A DNA stretch of 58,994 nt. Origin: Candidatus Komeilibacteria bacterium (GTDB lineage Bacteria; Patescibacteriota; Patescibacteriia; UBA1558; UBA10009). Positions 18,183 through 25,663 of the stretch are shown here, one piece after another. The stretch's first letter is position 1; every line of letters begins with the position of its first letter. A program made the position numbers and the translations under genes. The DNA lies in the NCBI GenBank assembly GCA_030688315.1, contig JAUYIT010000017.1, forward strand, positions 68,845-127,838, read 5' to 3'. The notes under the pieces are model-generated. The model did no database searches. It had not been told where the DNA came from and was given only the letters and a program-made list of their open reading frames with translations.

Positions 18183-19883
18183 ATGCCCGAAGAAGTAACA
18201 ATTTTTGCAGAAACCAACTTTAGGCGCCAGCAAAAGCGTTTTGGCATTAAAACCGACGACCGCCGCCGGCACATGTATTTGATTGGTAAAACCGGCATGG
18301 GCAAATCCGTGACTTTGGAAAATATGATTATCCAGGATATCCGCAACGGCAAAGGCGTGGCCGTGGTTGATCCGCACGGCGAACTAGTGGAAAAGGTCAT
18401 TAAATTCGTGCCGGCTGATAGAATTAACGACGTGGTTTACATTAATCCCGCCGATTTGGGCTATCCGGTGGCTTTTAACGTTTTGGAAAGCGTAAGCGAA
18501 GAACACCGCCATTTGGTGGCCTCCGGCCTGCTGGGTGTTTTTCAAAAATTATGGGCCGAATCCTGGGGTCCGCGTTTGGAATACGTGTTAAACAACGCCA
18601 TTATGGCCTTGCTGGAATATCCGGGCAGTACTTTGCTGGGGGTAATGCGCTTACTGATCGATAAATCATTCCGCAAAAAAGTGATTAATAAAATTTCCGA
18701 CCCGATGATTAAATCTTTTTGGGTGGAAGAATATTCAAAATATCCTGATAAATTCCAATCCGAAGCCATCGCGCCTATTCAAAACAAGGTCGGCCGGTTT
18801 TTGTCCTCGCCCATGATCCGCAACATTGTCGGTCAGGTAAAATCGTCCATTGATTTAAGGCAGATTATGGATGACCAGAAAATTTTGCTGTTGAATTTAT
18901 CCAAAGGCCGGATCGGTGAAGATAATTCCGCGCTTTTGGGCGCCATGATCATTACCAAAATCCAACTGGCCGCCATGAGCCGGGTGGAAATTCCGGAAAA
19001 AGATCGTAAGGATTTTTATTTGTACGTTGATGAATTTCAAAACTTTGCCACCGAATCGTTCGGCAATATTTTATCCGAAGCCCGCAAGTACCGCCTTAAT
19101 TTAATTATGGCGCACCAGTACATGGAACAGTTGAGTGAAACCACCCGTTCGGCCGTTTTTGGCAACGTGGGCACCATTATCTGCTTTAGAGTTGGCGGTG
19201 AAGACGCGGAATTTTTAGCCAAGGAATTTACGCCCCGCTTTGAAGAAGTGGACTTATTAAACCTCAATAAATACCACGTTTATCTTAAACTGATGATTGA
19301 CGGCGTGGCTTCGGAACCGTTTTCGGCCACCACTTTGCCGCCCGTGGCCGAACCGGAGGGAGCGGATGACAACATGGAAAAAATTATCCGGGTCTCGCGC
19401 GAACGCTACGCGGTCAAAAGGGAAGTGATTGAAGAAAAAATATTGCGCTGGAGTTCGCCCAGCGAATTTAGGGATGAAGATGAAGATGGCGAAGAAAAAC
19501 CACGGGTGCGCTTGCCGCAAACTACTCCAAAAATTGACCAGCCAAAACCGCAACCTTATTCTAATTACCGCACTTCCAAACCGGCGCCGGTTACAGATCG
19601 TGCTAAAATTTCTACCGGCGTTTTGTATCCGGCTGTTTGCGATGCCTGCGGACAAGCCACGGTTTTAAATTTTATACCCGATCCCAAAAAACCGATTTAC
19701 TGCAAAAATTGTTTAAAAACCGGCCGCCGGGTCAGCAACAAAAGCAATTCAACTAGTCGGCCTGAAACCAATCTGGAACAGGAAGCCCTCAAACAAAAAC
19801 CTCTCACTTTAAACGAAGCGCTGGCCAAAAGCCCGTCTAATTTTAAAAATAATTCCGGCAGCGTAACTTTGCATGAAAATTAA
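18183..19883 (+). CDS. TraD/VirD4-like (type IV coupling protein-like) P-loop ATPase, soluble, with C-terminal CxxC-x17-CxxC
   Basis: Walker A LIGKTGMGKS, Walker B FYLYVDEFQNF, LIMAHQY, overall T4CP/TraG-D_C-like layout. No TM helix. Disordered tail, then CDACGQATVLNFIPDPKKPIYCKNC. ATG at 18183 chosen, just downstream of the repeat. Confidence 0.8.
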   Translation: MPEEVTIFAETNFRRQQKRFGIKTDDRRRHMYLIGKTGMGKSVTLENMIIQDIRNGKGVAVVDPHGELVEKVIKFVPADRINDVVYINPADLGYPVAFNVLESVSEEHRHLVASGLLGVFQKLWAESWGPRLEYVLNNAIMALLEYPGSTLLGVMRLLIDKSFRKKVINKISDPMIKSFWVEEYSKYPDKFQSEAIAPIQNKVGRFLSSPMIRNIVGQVKSSIDLRQIMDDQKILLLNLSKGRIGEDNSALLGAMIITKIQLAAMSRVEIPEKDRKDFYLYVDEFQNFATESFGNILSEARKYRLNLIMAHQYMEQLSETTRSAVFGNVGTIICFRVGGEDAEFLAKEFTPRFEEVDLLNLNKYHVYLKLMIDGVASEPFSATTLPPVAEPEGADDNMEKIIRVSRERYAVKREVIEEKILRWSSPSEFRDEDEDGEEKPRVRLPQTTPKIDQPKPQPYSNYRTSKPAPVTDRAKISTGVLYPAVCDACGQATVLNFIPDPKKPIYCKNCLKTGRRVSNKSNSTSRPETNLEQEALKQKPLTLNEALAKSPSNFKNNSGSVTLHEN

Positions 19884-21363
19884 AAAGTTATTTTCACGAT
19901 GGTCGCAAATTTTGCCCGGTGCCCTTACCTGGGCGACTTTTATTTTTGCCGTGGTTTTTTCCCTGTGGTTGCCGATTTGGGCGATTTACTTTATCATTTT
20001 ATTCGACTTATTTTGGCTGATTAAGGTTTTTTATTTGGTTATCAACCAAATAACTTCTTGGACCATTTTTAGGCGCGAAGCAAAAGTTGACTGGTTAGGC
20101 AAACTGATGAATTTTAAGCAGAAAAACTGGCAAGAATATTACCAGTTGATTTTTTTACCGACCCACGGCGAACCCCTTAACGTAATCGATCGGACTTTCC
20201 AGTCCTTATCGGAATCGTTTTACGACCGGCAAAAAATAATTATAGTTTTGGCCGGCGAGGCCAGGGACGGCGATTTTTTTACAAAAATCGCCGAACAAAT
20301 TTCACAAAAATACAACGGTGTTTTTAACAGAATTTTAATTACCACGCATCCCGAAAATCTTCCAGGCGAAATCAAGGGCAAAGCATCAAATATCAATTAC
20401 GCCGGCCATCAGGCCAAACATTTGATTGATGAATTGGGTATTAGCTATGATAAAGTGATTGTATCTTCTTTTGACATTGATACCTGTCCGCATCCCCAGT
20501 ATTTTGCTAATCTTACCTTTAAATACCTTAATCACCCTAAACCTACTAGGGTCAGTTTTCAGCCCATTGCCGTTTATCATAACAACATCTGGCAATCGGA
20601 TCCGCTCACCAGAGTCGTGGCTAATTCCACCACTTTTTGGCTGATGACCGATTTGGCCAGATCCGATCGGTTGTTTACTTTTTCTTCGCATTCCATGAGC
20701 TTTAAAGCCCTGGTGGACGTGGGTTTTTGGGAAAAGGATATTGTGTCGGAAGATTCGCGAATTTTTTTACAATGTTTGCTAAAATACGATGGTGATTATA
20801 AAGTTGAACCTTTATATATTCCGGTTTCCATGAATACCGTATCCACGGGTAAATTTTGGAAAGCCATGGGCGATCAGTACCGCCAAATGCGGCGCTGGGC
20901 CTGGGGCGTGGAGCATATCCCTTATATGATCAAGCGCTTTAAGGATCACCCTAAAATGCCGTTTACGATAAAATTCAAACATCTATTCAATCAGTTTGAA
21001 GGCATGTGGAGTTGGGCGACCGCTCCCATTTTAATCACCTTAATGGGCCGTTTGCCTTTGTGGACGGCCTCGCGCGAGGTCCAGTCAACGGCCATTGCCC
21101 AAATGGCGCCCTTGATTTTGGAAAAAATCATGACTTTTGCTTTACTGGGCTTATTTATGAACGCCTTGTTAAGCACTATTTTAATGCCTCATCGGCCCAA
21201 AGGACCAAATAAATGGTTTAACTATCTGCAAATGTTTTTAGAATGGCTGTTATTCCCGGTTACCATGATTGTGTTTGGTTCCATCCCAGCCACCGAAGCC
21301 CAAACCCGCCTCATGCTGGGCGGTAAATACAAACTGGGTTTTTGGGTAACTTCCAAGAAATAA
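19873..21363 (+). CDS. membrane-embedded processive family-2 glycosyltransferase (cellulose/chitin-synthase-like)
   Basis: N- and C-terminal TM helices. Cytoplasmic GT-A core with SSFDIDT, VSEDSRIF (TED-like) and QYRQMRRWAWG (QxxRW) motifs. 11-nt overlap with the upstream ATPase gene. Confidence 0.75.
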   Translation: MKIKKLFSRWSQILPGALTWATFIFAVVFSLWLPIWAIYFIILFDLFWLIKVFYLVINQITSWTIFRREAKVDWLGKLMNFKQKNWQEYYQLIFLPTHGEPLNVIDRTFQSLSESFYDRQKIIIVLAGEARDGDFFTKIAEQISQKYNGVFNRILITTHPENLPGEIKGKASNINYAGHQAKHLIDELGISYDKVIVSSFDIDTCPHPQYFANLTFKYLNHPKPTRVSFQPIAVYHNNIWQSDPLTRVVANSTTFWLMTDLARSDRLFTFSSHSMSFKALVDVGFWEKDIVSEDSRIFLQCLLKYDGDYKVEPLYIPVSMNTVSTGKFWKAMGDQYRQMRRWAWGVEHIPYMIKRFKDHPKMPFTIKFKHLFNQFEGMWSWATAPILITLMGRLPLWTASREVQSTAIAQMAPLILEKIMTFALLGLFMNALLSTILMPHRPKGPNKWFNYLQMFLEWLLFPVTMIVFGSIPATEAQTRLMLGGKYKLGFWVTSKK

Positions 21364-21381
21364 AAAAGACCTTGCTACTAT

Positions 21382-21472
21382 TGTCATTGCGAGGAGCGTA
21401 GCGACGAAGCAATCCCGATGTTCATACCAAGTACAACGGGATTGCCACGCCCCTTCGGGGCTCGCAATGACA
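21382..21472. repeat. palindromic intergenic repeat, copy 2 (CATTGCGAGGAG... family)
   Basis: TGTCATTGCGAG...CTCGCAATGACA 12-bp terminal inverted repeats. Inner hairpins GCAATCCCG/CGGGATTGC and GCCCC-TTC-GGGGC. Lies between convergent genes. Confidence 0.8.
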
Positions 21473-21479
21473 GGTCATT

Positions 21480-22424
21480 TTATTTTAAATAACCATTGAT
21501 AAATGCCTGGGCGGGCATTTCTTTTTTTCCTTCGGGTTGAAGTTTTTCTATCAACAGCGCGCCGTGGCCGCATTGAACAACCAATTGGTTGTTTTTAATT
21601 ACAAATTTTCCCACCGGTGATTGATTATCATGAGGTAGAGACGCGCAATTGCGCGTCTCTACGGGGTCGCAAATAATCGCCGAAATGATTTTAATGTTGA
21701 TTTTTTTGTGATTAACGTCAAATTCTGAAAACGATCCCGGCCACGGCGCGTAAGCTCTGATTTGGCGTTCAATTTGATCGGCTGAATTGGTCCAGTCAAT
21801 CAATCCGTCTTCTTTGTTGATCATTTCACAGTAAGTGGCTTTAGAATCGTCCTGAGGCTCTAATTTGGCCTTACCAGCCACATAATCGGGCAGGGCCTTA
21901 ATCATCAGCTCTGCTCCTAAAACAGACAATTTATCAAACAGCGTCGGCGAGCTTTCATCTTTGGAAATTGGAACTTGTATCTGAGAAATTATAGGACCAT
22001 GATCCATCTGTTCATCCAATTTGATGATGCTAACGCCTGTTTCATCGTCGCCGTTTAAGATGGCTGACTGAATAGGGGATGGCCCGCGGTATTTGGGTAA
22101 TAATGACGGATGGATGTTTAGCAAACCAAGCGGAAATAAATCCAAAATCGCTTGAGGAATAATTTTGCCGTAAGCAACAACAACGCCCAGATCAGCGTTA
22201 TAATTTTTAATCTCCCATAAATTTTCTTTAACCGGTACATTCAATTTTAAGGCCTCTACTTTAATCGGAGTCGGCGTCAAAACCTGTTTACGGCCAACCG
22301 GTTCATCCGGCTGGGTAATAACCAAAACAACATGATAGCCCTCGGTAACAAGGGCTTGCAAGGTGGGCACGGCAAACTTTGGCGTACCAAAAAAAACTAT
22401 TTTAGTTGAGTTATCTTTCGTCAT
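21480..22424 (-). CDS. fmt: methionyl-tRNA formyltransferase
   Basis: KIVFFGTPKFAVPTLQAL, HPSLLPKYRGPSPIQ, C-terminal LQPEGKKEMPAQAFING. Start taken at ATG 22424 (MTKDN). 14-nt overlap with def. Confidence 0.9.
   Translation of the reverse strand: MTKDNSTKIVFFGTPKFAVPTLQALVTEGYHVVLVITQPDEPVGRKQVLTPTPIKVEALKLNVPVKENLWEIKNYNADLGVVVAYGKIIPQAILDLFPLGLLNIHPSLLPKYRGPSPIQSAILNGDDETGVSIIKLDEQMDHGPIISQIQVPISKDESSPTLFDKLSVLGAELMIKALPDYVAGKAKLEPQDDSKATYCEMINKEDGLIDWTNSADQIERQIRAYAPWPGSFSEFDVNHKKINIKIISAIICDPVETRNCASLPHDNQSPVGKFVIKNNQLVVQCGHGALLIEKLQPEGKKEMPAQAFINGYLK
21635..21662. repeat. 28-bp perfect palindrome inside fmt
   Basis: GTAGAGACGCGCAATTGCGCGTCTCTAC is its own reverse complement. It is translated in frame as VETRNCASL. 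Confidence 0.95.
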
Positions 22425-22911
22425 CCTTGGCCTGCTTAATCCATTCTTGGACCTGCTTTTCGCCTTTGGTGTATTTAAAAATCTTATCGGTAAACAGCAC
22501 CCCGCGGATATGGTCAATTTCATGCTGTAACACCCGAGCCAGCAAGCCGTCGGCCTTGATAAACCTTAAGCGGGCGTTTTCATCACGGTAAATAACCCAG
22601 GCCTTTTTAGAACGCCGTACCAGCCCAAATACTTGAGGGAAAGAAAGACAGCCCTCTTCCATGTTATTTTTCTTAAAAGACTTCCAACAAATAACGGGGT
22701 TGATAAAAACCTTAGGGCCATCTTTATGGCTGACCGTCAAAATCTGCCAATCTTTATTAACCTGATTGGCCGCCAAACCTAAACCGTCGGCCGCCAGCAT
22801 GGTTTCTTTAAGTTCTGCAATAAAGGACTGAACCTCGGCGGATTTGATATCGGTCACCCTAGTGGACCTTGTTCTTAATATTTTTGAAGGATATTTAACT
22901 ATTTCCAGCAT
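22411..22911 (-). CDS. def: peptide deformylase
   Basis: GLAANQV, EGCLSFP and HEIDH metal-binding motifs. def-fmt operon. Confidence 0.95.
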   Translation of the reverse strand: MLEIVKYPSKILRTRSTRVTDIKSAEVQSFIAELKETMLAADGLGLAANQVNKDWQILTVSHKDGPKVFINPVICWKSFKKNNMEEGCLSFPQVFGLVRRSKKAWVIYRDENARLRFIKADGLLARVLQHEIDHIRGVLFTDKIFKYTKGEKQVQEWIKQAKDDER

Positions 22912-23028
22912 AATGAATACACGGCTTATTTGATAATAATTAATTCAGTTGGTTATTATACCTAAAATTTGACATTAAATCAAGCATCGGGTTAAAATAA
23001 CCTTGTTCTATAAACTATTATACCACAA

Positions 23029-23349
23029 ATGTCTAACCACCCGAGTTTTCAAAAAATAGGGGAGCTGTTAAAACGTCCCGCTAAAACCAAAGCCCCTGCT
23101 TACCCCTGGCAAGATTTGGCGCTAAAAATCATCAAGGATCTTAACGTGCCGCCGTTTAAAAAAAGCGCGGTCTTTAAAGTGTGCCGTGATTTGCCTGAAC
23201 ACGGAGTGGTGCAATGCCTGATTGATACCAAGGAACTTTGCCAAACCGGCGAAAAATGGAAATACTTTTTTAAGCTGACTGGCGAAAAAAACAAGCCGCC
23301 AACTGAAGGCGGCGAGTTTTTAATAAAAAATCAGGATCAGACCGACTAG
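23029..23349 (+). CDS. hypothetical small protein
   Basis: 106-aa ORF preceded by TTGACA (22969-22974), 18-nt spacer, TAAAAT (22993-22998). No SD and no family recognised. Confidence 0.4.
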   Translation: MSNHPSFQKIGELLKRPAKTKAPAYPWQDLALKIIKDLNVPPFKKSAVFKVCRDLPEHGVVQCLIDTKELCQTGEKWKYFFKLTGEKNKPPTEGGEFLIKNQDQTD

Positions 23350-24728
23350 TAAGCGCACCAATCTGTCAGCTTGCTGATTTCGCCGTTCCATTCGCCTTCC
23401 CATCTTTCCAAGGCGTAAGCGGCGGGAGAAATGCCCCTGACCATGATAATTTCCTTCAGCGGTTGAAGATAGATAGATTCATCACGGCCGTCCACGTCCA
23501 AAACGGCTTGTTTTTTTAGGCCATCGGTGGCTATTTCCAAAACCTGCTTGGCCCAGTCAACAATTTTTTTGTCCCTAAACGGAGTTTGCAAAGCGGTTTT
23601 AACCACTTCTTGCTTTAACTTTTTTATATCCTTAAATTCCCAATCCTTAAATAGCTCTTCGGCCGCGGCTAACGACTGTTCATTATACAGCAACCCCTTG
23701 AGTAAAGCGGGTAGGGAAGGCACTAAATGCGGCGGCACACTATCGCAGGCGCGGTATTCCAAATAATTTTTTACGCGCACGTCCGTGTACATAAAACTGA
23801 TATGCATCAGCCAATCCTCCATGCCGGCCCGGTAACCCCTAAAGCCCGTTTTCATAAACTGCCGAAAAGTTAAACTTTTAATCGGTAGCCATTCTCCTTT
23901 TCTTAAAATAGTAATAATGGGTACGTCCAGGCAAAATTCCACCCATTTTTCAAAATTAAAACCCTTGGTAAAAAAATCGGGGAACGAGCCAAAACGATCA
24001 TTATCGGTATTAAGAGTGCAATAGCCACGGTAACTTAAATAATTGGATTTTTTACCAAGCATTAAAGGAGAGTTAGCGTACATTGCCATTAACGCCGGGG
24101 TCATTCGGTTTAACAACTGAAATTTTCTCATGGCGTCGGCTTCATCTTTATAATCTACTGCCGCCTGAACCGAAGCGGTCCGCTGCGACCATGATTCACC
24201 CTGTTTGCCCTTATGTTTTAAATAATCGGTAGAGATTCTAATGCGGGTTTTGGGAATCATTTCCAAATCCTTGTTGGAACTAAAAGGATGAAAACCAATG
24301 CCCAGCCAAGTCACGCCAAAAATTGAAGAAATCTCATTGATTTCGTTTTGGTGCAGACGAAACTCGCGCGCCAAGTCATGAATGTTTTTATGGGTCTTGC
24401 CGGAAAGCTCAATCCGGCCATCTGATTCCAAAGTAAGATGAGTGCCGTTGCGGGACATGGCAAAAATAGCGTCATTGCTTTTATCGTCAATGTTCCAACC
24501 TAATTCGTGATTAAGTTTTTCCAAAATTTTTAAAAAGCCCTTGTCGCCAAAATAGGGAACGGTTTCGCCGGTTTTACGGTAAACTCCGATTTTTTCCACT
24601 TCCATGCCAATTAAAAAATCCTCCGGCTTTTTACCCGAGGTGTAATAGTAGTCCAAAATAACCTTTTTGGTAAACTTTTTTCCAACTAAATCCTGTAATA
24701 AACCTTCTAAAACGGGTATAGAACCCAT
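23346..24728 (-). CDS. gshA: glutamate--cysteine ligase, plant/proteobacterial GCS2 type
   Basis: By-eye collinear match to plant-type GCL blocks: LTLESDGRIELSG (cf. SLEPGGQFELSG), WLGIGFHPF, TASVQAAVDY, YANSPL, SYRGYCTLNTDNDRFG. Confidence 0.75.
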   Translation of the reverse strand: MGSIPVLEGLLQDLVGKKFTKKVILDYYYTSGKKPEDFLIGMEVEKIGVYRKTGETVPYFGDKGFLKILEKLNHELGWNIDDKSNDAIFAMSRNGTHLTLESDGRIELSGKTHKNIHDLAREFRLHQNEINEISSIFGVTWLGIGFHPFSSNKDLEMIPKTRIRISTDYLKHKGKQGESWSQRTASVQAAVDYKDEADAMRKFQLLNRMTPALMAMYANSPLMLGKKSNYLSYRGYCTLNTDNDRFGSFPDFFTKGFNFEKWVEFCLDVPIITILRKGEWLPIKSLTFRQFMKTGFRGYRAGMEDWLMHISFMYTDVRVKNYLEYRACDSVPPHLVPSLPALLKGLLYNEQSLAAAEELFKDWEFKDIKKLKQEVVKTALQTPFRDKKIVDWAKQVLEIATDGLKKQAVLDVDGRDESIYLQPLKEIIMVRGISPAAYALERWEGEWNGEISKLTDWCAY

Positions 24729-24865
24729 GTATTGCTTATTTTAATTGTTAATTCGGCCAATTTTAGCTTATTTCAACCAATTACCAAATTGGCCTTGCCG
24801 GTTCGATTATTCACTAAATAATAGCATACGAGTAAAAAATGTAAACCCCTTTTTCCACAAAAAAT

Positions 24866-25654
24866 TTACTGTTCAAAATTCATTACCAGATAGCCCACGC
24901 CCAGGGAATTATCATAGCCAATAACTTTTGCCTGATAATTAATCTCATTTATGGCGCCAAGAAGCATTAATATTCCCTGATAACCGCATTGCCCGGCGTT
25001 CTTGATTAAATCCTCATTCAATTCAATAAATTCCTGATTTTTTTTGCGACCAAGCAGGTCAATCACCAGTTGGTCGTATTCCTTGCCCTGTGGCGCGTAG
25101 CCGTCGGGCGAATTTTTTTTAAGCCGGTGGGATAAGTCGGCGGAAGCGATAACAGCCACCCTTTTAGAACTTTTATCCGCGGTCTGGCGGATCGCGCGTC
25201 CCAAGGCCAAATGAGCCCCGCGATCCAAAATGGAATAGGTCAGGGGGATAACGCCGATATTTTTAAGGTGGGCAGTCAAATAATACAGCGGAATGGCAGT
25301 GCCGTAATCCAGCTTGTCTTCCGAACTTAAAATTACCGGTAAAGAAGATTCGGTTTTCTCCCGCAGTTGATAGCCCAGCGACAGATCGTTTTTAAATTCA
25401 CCGGTGGTTTCCAAATCTCCAAAATCGGAAAAATCCAACCTCAATACCGGCGCGTGATTAATCATAAAGGATTCTTCAACCGCGGCGCCATGAGGAGAAA
25501 TTATAATAATCGTGTCCGGTTTAGCCGAATACAGATCCTGCTCCAGCATTAAAACCGCCTTTTTAAGTTTGGTATTTTTGGTCAAATTCTGTTTGCTGAC
25601 GCCGGGGATAAAAATAGGCGGGTGCGGCATGATGCCGGCAAAAACCAAGGGCAT
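24866..25654 (-). CDS. LigB/Memo-superfamily protein (class III extradiol dioxygenase subunit B-like)
   Basis: GIMPHPPIFIP N-terminus, IIIISPHG and ASADLSHRL histidine-containing blocks are typical of the fold. Substrate unknown. Confidence 0.5.
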   Translation of the reverse strand: MPLVFAGIMPHPPIFIPGVSKQNLTKNTKLKKAVLMLEQDLYSAKPDTIIIISPHGAAVEESFMINHAPVLRLDFSDFGDLETTGEFKNDLSLGYQLREKTESSLPVILSSEDKLDYGTAIPLYYLTAHLKNIGVIPLTYSILDRGAHLALGRAIRQTADKSSKRVAVIASADLSHRLKKNSPDGYAPQGKEYDQLVIDLLGRKKNQEFIELNEDLIKNAGQCGYQGILMLLGAINEINYQAKVIGYDNSLGVGYLVMNFEQ

Positions 25655-25663
25655 AAAATTTAT

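Noticed and set aside
22425-22523. 33-aa N-terminal extension of fmt (MKLTISAGCCLPIRFLNTPKAKSRSKNGLSRPR).
   Set aside because: It lies entirely inside the def coding region in another frame. The canonical Fmt N-terminus (KIVFFGTPKFAVP) begins just after ATG 22424, which forms a typical def-fmt overlap.
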